This document shows, piece by piece, positions 62,226 to 64,000 of a stretch of DNA of 64,000 nucleotides (positions within the stretch are counted from its first letter, which is position 1; every line of letters begins with the position of its first letter). A program made the translations under genes and the position numbers. Under the pieces are notes generated by a model that did not search any database, had not been told where the DNA came from, and was given only the letters and a program-made list of their open reading frames with translations. Location of the stretch: contig NW_024704765.1 in the NCBI RefSeq assembly GCF_018977255.1, positions 8,122,001 to 8,186,000 of the forward strand. Direction: 5' to 3'. Origin of the DNA: Callorhinchus milii. Its lineage: Eukaryota.

Positions 62226-63353
62226 AACCGCGACCATAATTAAGGCATTTCAGCGGTATCAGTGCCATCACCCAGTGAGTGGGAGGGCGAGCGGACGGGG
62301 CTGTGAAACCATTTAATTTGCAGGGTTTTTGTGTAAATAAAAAAAAAGGACCTCTTGACCCCCTGCGAGCTGAGTGTGACTGAGAAGCCGAGAACTTGGC
62401 ATTAACTCCAGCGCCTGAAGTGAATCTCCCAACAGAAAACAGTTCAATGTGTAACGTAACTCCCTCGTGTATTGGGTGCATAATTTAACAGCTCCTGGCA
62501 GACTGCTGGAGTAACTCAATACCTCCTAGGCCCATGGACTGTTGTAACACAAGCCCCAGCGTAACATGGACTGGCACTGAGCAGGGCTGCACTATGCCTC
62601 CTTCATGGTCACGTTCAGGTCACTTCACCCTTGTCTAACGCACACTCGATCTGCAAGACTAAATGTCTAAACAGGCCCTTAAGAAACTTTAGAATCATGT
62701 TCTAATTTGGTAGAGGGTCCCCACGGTTGCTACCGCAGGGATAACAGTGGAAGAAATCTTATCTCTCTGTTTATACTGCTCCTTCTTCACCCCACCCCCT
62801 CTCCCAAGCAACAGCTCCAGCCAGGGTGTCGCTTACGGAGCGAGTGAATGATACCTCTCAATGGCCATTTCCTCTCTGTTCCGTACAGATGTATTTAAGG
62901 CTCTAACACCACACAGTAAAAGCCAACCGGGCGCCACACTCAGACACGCCTTAGCCGCAAGTCAGGGGGACGGGAAGAGGACATGTTGGGGACGGACATT
63001 TAGGAAGTGTTTTGCACAGGCAGCGGGGCAGGGTGGATGGAGCAGGGATGTTGCTCTCTTTAAGCACCAGCTCAGTGTTCTTTTGGAGTAAAAACTCTCC
63101 CTTGTCGTCCAAACTCTTTTAAGGAATTTGTGATCAAATACTCCTTCCTCTCGCTATTTGCTGGTCCTTTATTTGTCTCTGTGAGGTTCTCCACTCATCA
63201 TATATGGAAGATGCTGCTGGGACTCTGCGCTACCAGCCTGGACTGACTGACACTCCAGCTCCCCCACCCCCCCCATCCCCACCACCCCCGAAACCTCCAC
63301 CACCATTGCCCTGGCTGACAATCCCCTCGATAAAATTGTTCGCTCACTCACTC

Positions 63354-63664
63354 GGAGTCCTGGAGCTCAGTGGTTAGAGCACTCGCCTTGCAAGCGAGAC
63401 ACCTGGGTTCAATCCCAGGCAGAGGGCGAAACCTTGGGCAAGTTTCCTTACTCCACATACCTAATGATAATCCCTCCAAAACAAAAAACACTAATAATTT
63501 GGTCATTTTCAATCCAGGACTGTTTGTGGGACGCTCTGTGCGCAATTGGCTGCCGCGTTTCGCCCACAAATATACGAACAATTCACTTTACACCCTATTC
63601 TGTGAAGCGCTTTGTAGACGTCGAGAAGACATGAAAAGCGCTATGTCAAATGCAAGGATTATTA
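63354..63664 (+). mobile_element. Full-length tRNA-derived SINE, variant A, nested in an old Deu-SINE
   Basis: Head with B box GGTTCAATCCC. The flanks at 63309-63352 and 63671-63788 are consecutive parts of the older SINE. Confidence 0.9.
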
Positions 63665-64000
63665 GTGTTACTTCATGGCTGTTTGTGCCACGTTGTTTTG
63701 CTCAAGTTGGACTGCCTTATTTGCTTATAAATTCAAGTCACTACACATCACAGTAGAGCCTGTGAAGCGCTTTGAGAGGCTTCAAAGGAGGGGGGGGGGA
63801 AGGGGGGGCGCGGGGGTGGGTGGGTGGCGCTAGCTGGCATTCCTCTGTATCCCCCCTGGAGCAAGACGACTTACACCCTCTCCGTCTCTACTTCACACTG
63901 AGCCCAAAAGTGAAACCTTAACTGTTTTCCTTTCATTGTGCACCCTGAGGCAACGGAGAGCGCCCAAGGTTCACTGACTGAGCCACGCTTACAAAGGCAA

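Larger units (their letters stand above)
3888..64000 (+). other. PRDM16: PRDM16 intron 1 (continues beyond the window)
   Basis: GTAGGT donor at 3888. No exon-2-like peptide (FTPKEGSPYEAPVYIP / PR domain) appears in the ORF track, and PRDM16 intron 1 is known to be very long in vertebrates. Confidence 0.8.

Overview
Vertebrate nuclear DNA, most likely from a cartilaginous fish. This is inferred from a repeat landscape of Deu-domain SINEs, a young tRNA-Ala-headed SINE, and L2 and CR1 remnants. The only coding sequence I can support is the 37-nt first coding exon of PRDM16 (3851-3887, +; MRSKARARKLAK plus a phase-1 GT donor). It is preceded by its promoter and 5'UTR and followed by at least 60 kb of intron 1; exon 2 (FTPKEGSP.../PR domain) is not visible in the window. 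The first ~15.6 kb is CpG-rich, microsatellite-rich and essentially SINE-free. The rest alternates dense SINE/LINE debris with islands of unique, enhancer-like sequence. Essentially all ORFs in the supplied track are low-complexity or SINE-derived artefacts. I found no convincing new gene system. The best leads are regulatory or retroposon-related: a switch-mu-like GAGCT/GGGCT pentamer array just upstream of the promoter, a 4-codon uORF, a paired Pbx-Hox enhancer candidate, a nuclear-receptor DR1/IR8 element between convergent CTCF-like motifs, a candidate frame-shifting cassette exon, modular and nested SINEs, and an unclassified palindromic repeat family. Repeat boundaries are approximate (read by eye), family names come from remembered consensus sequences, and many further SINE tail fragments exist beyond those listed.
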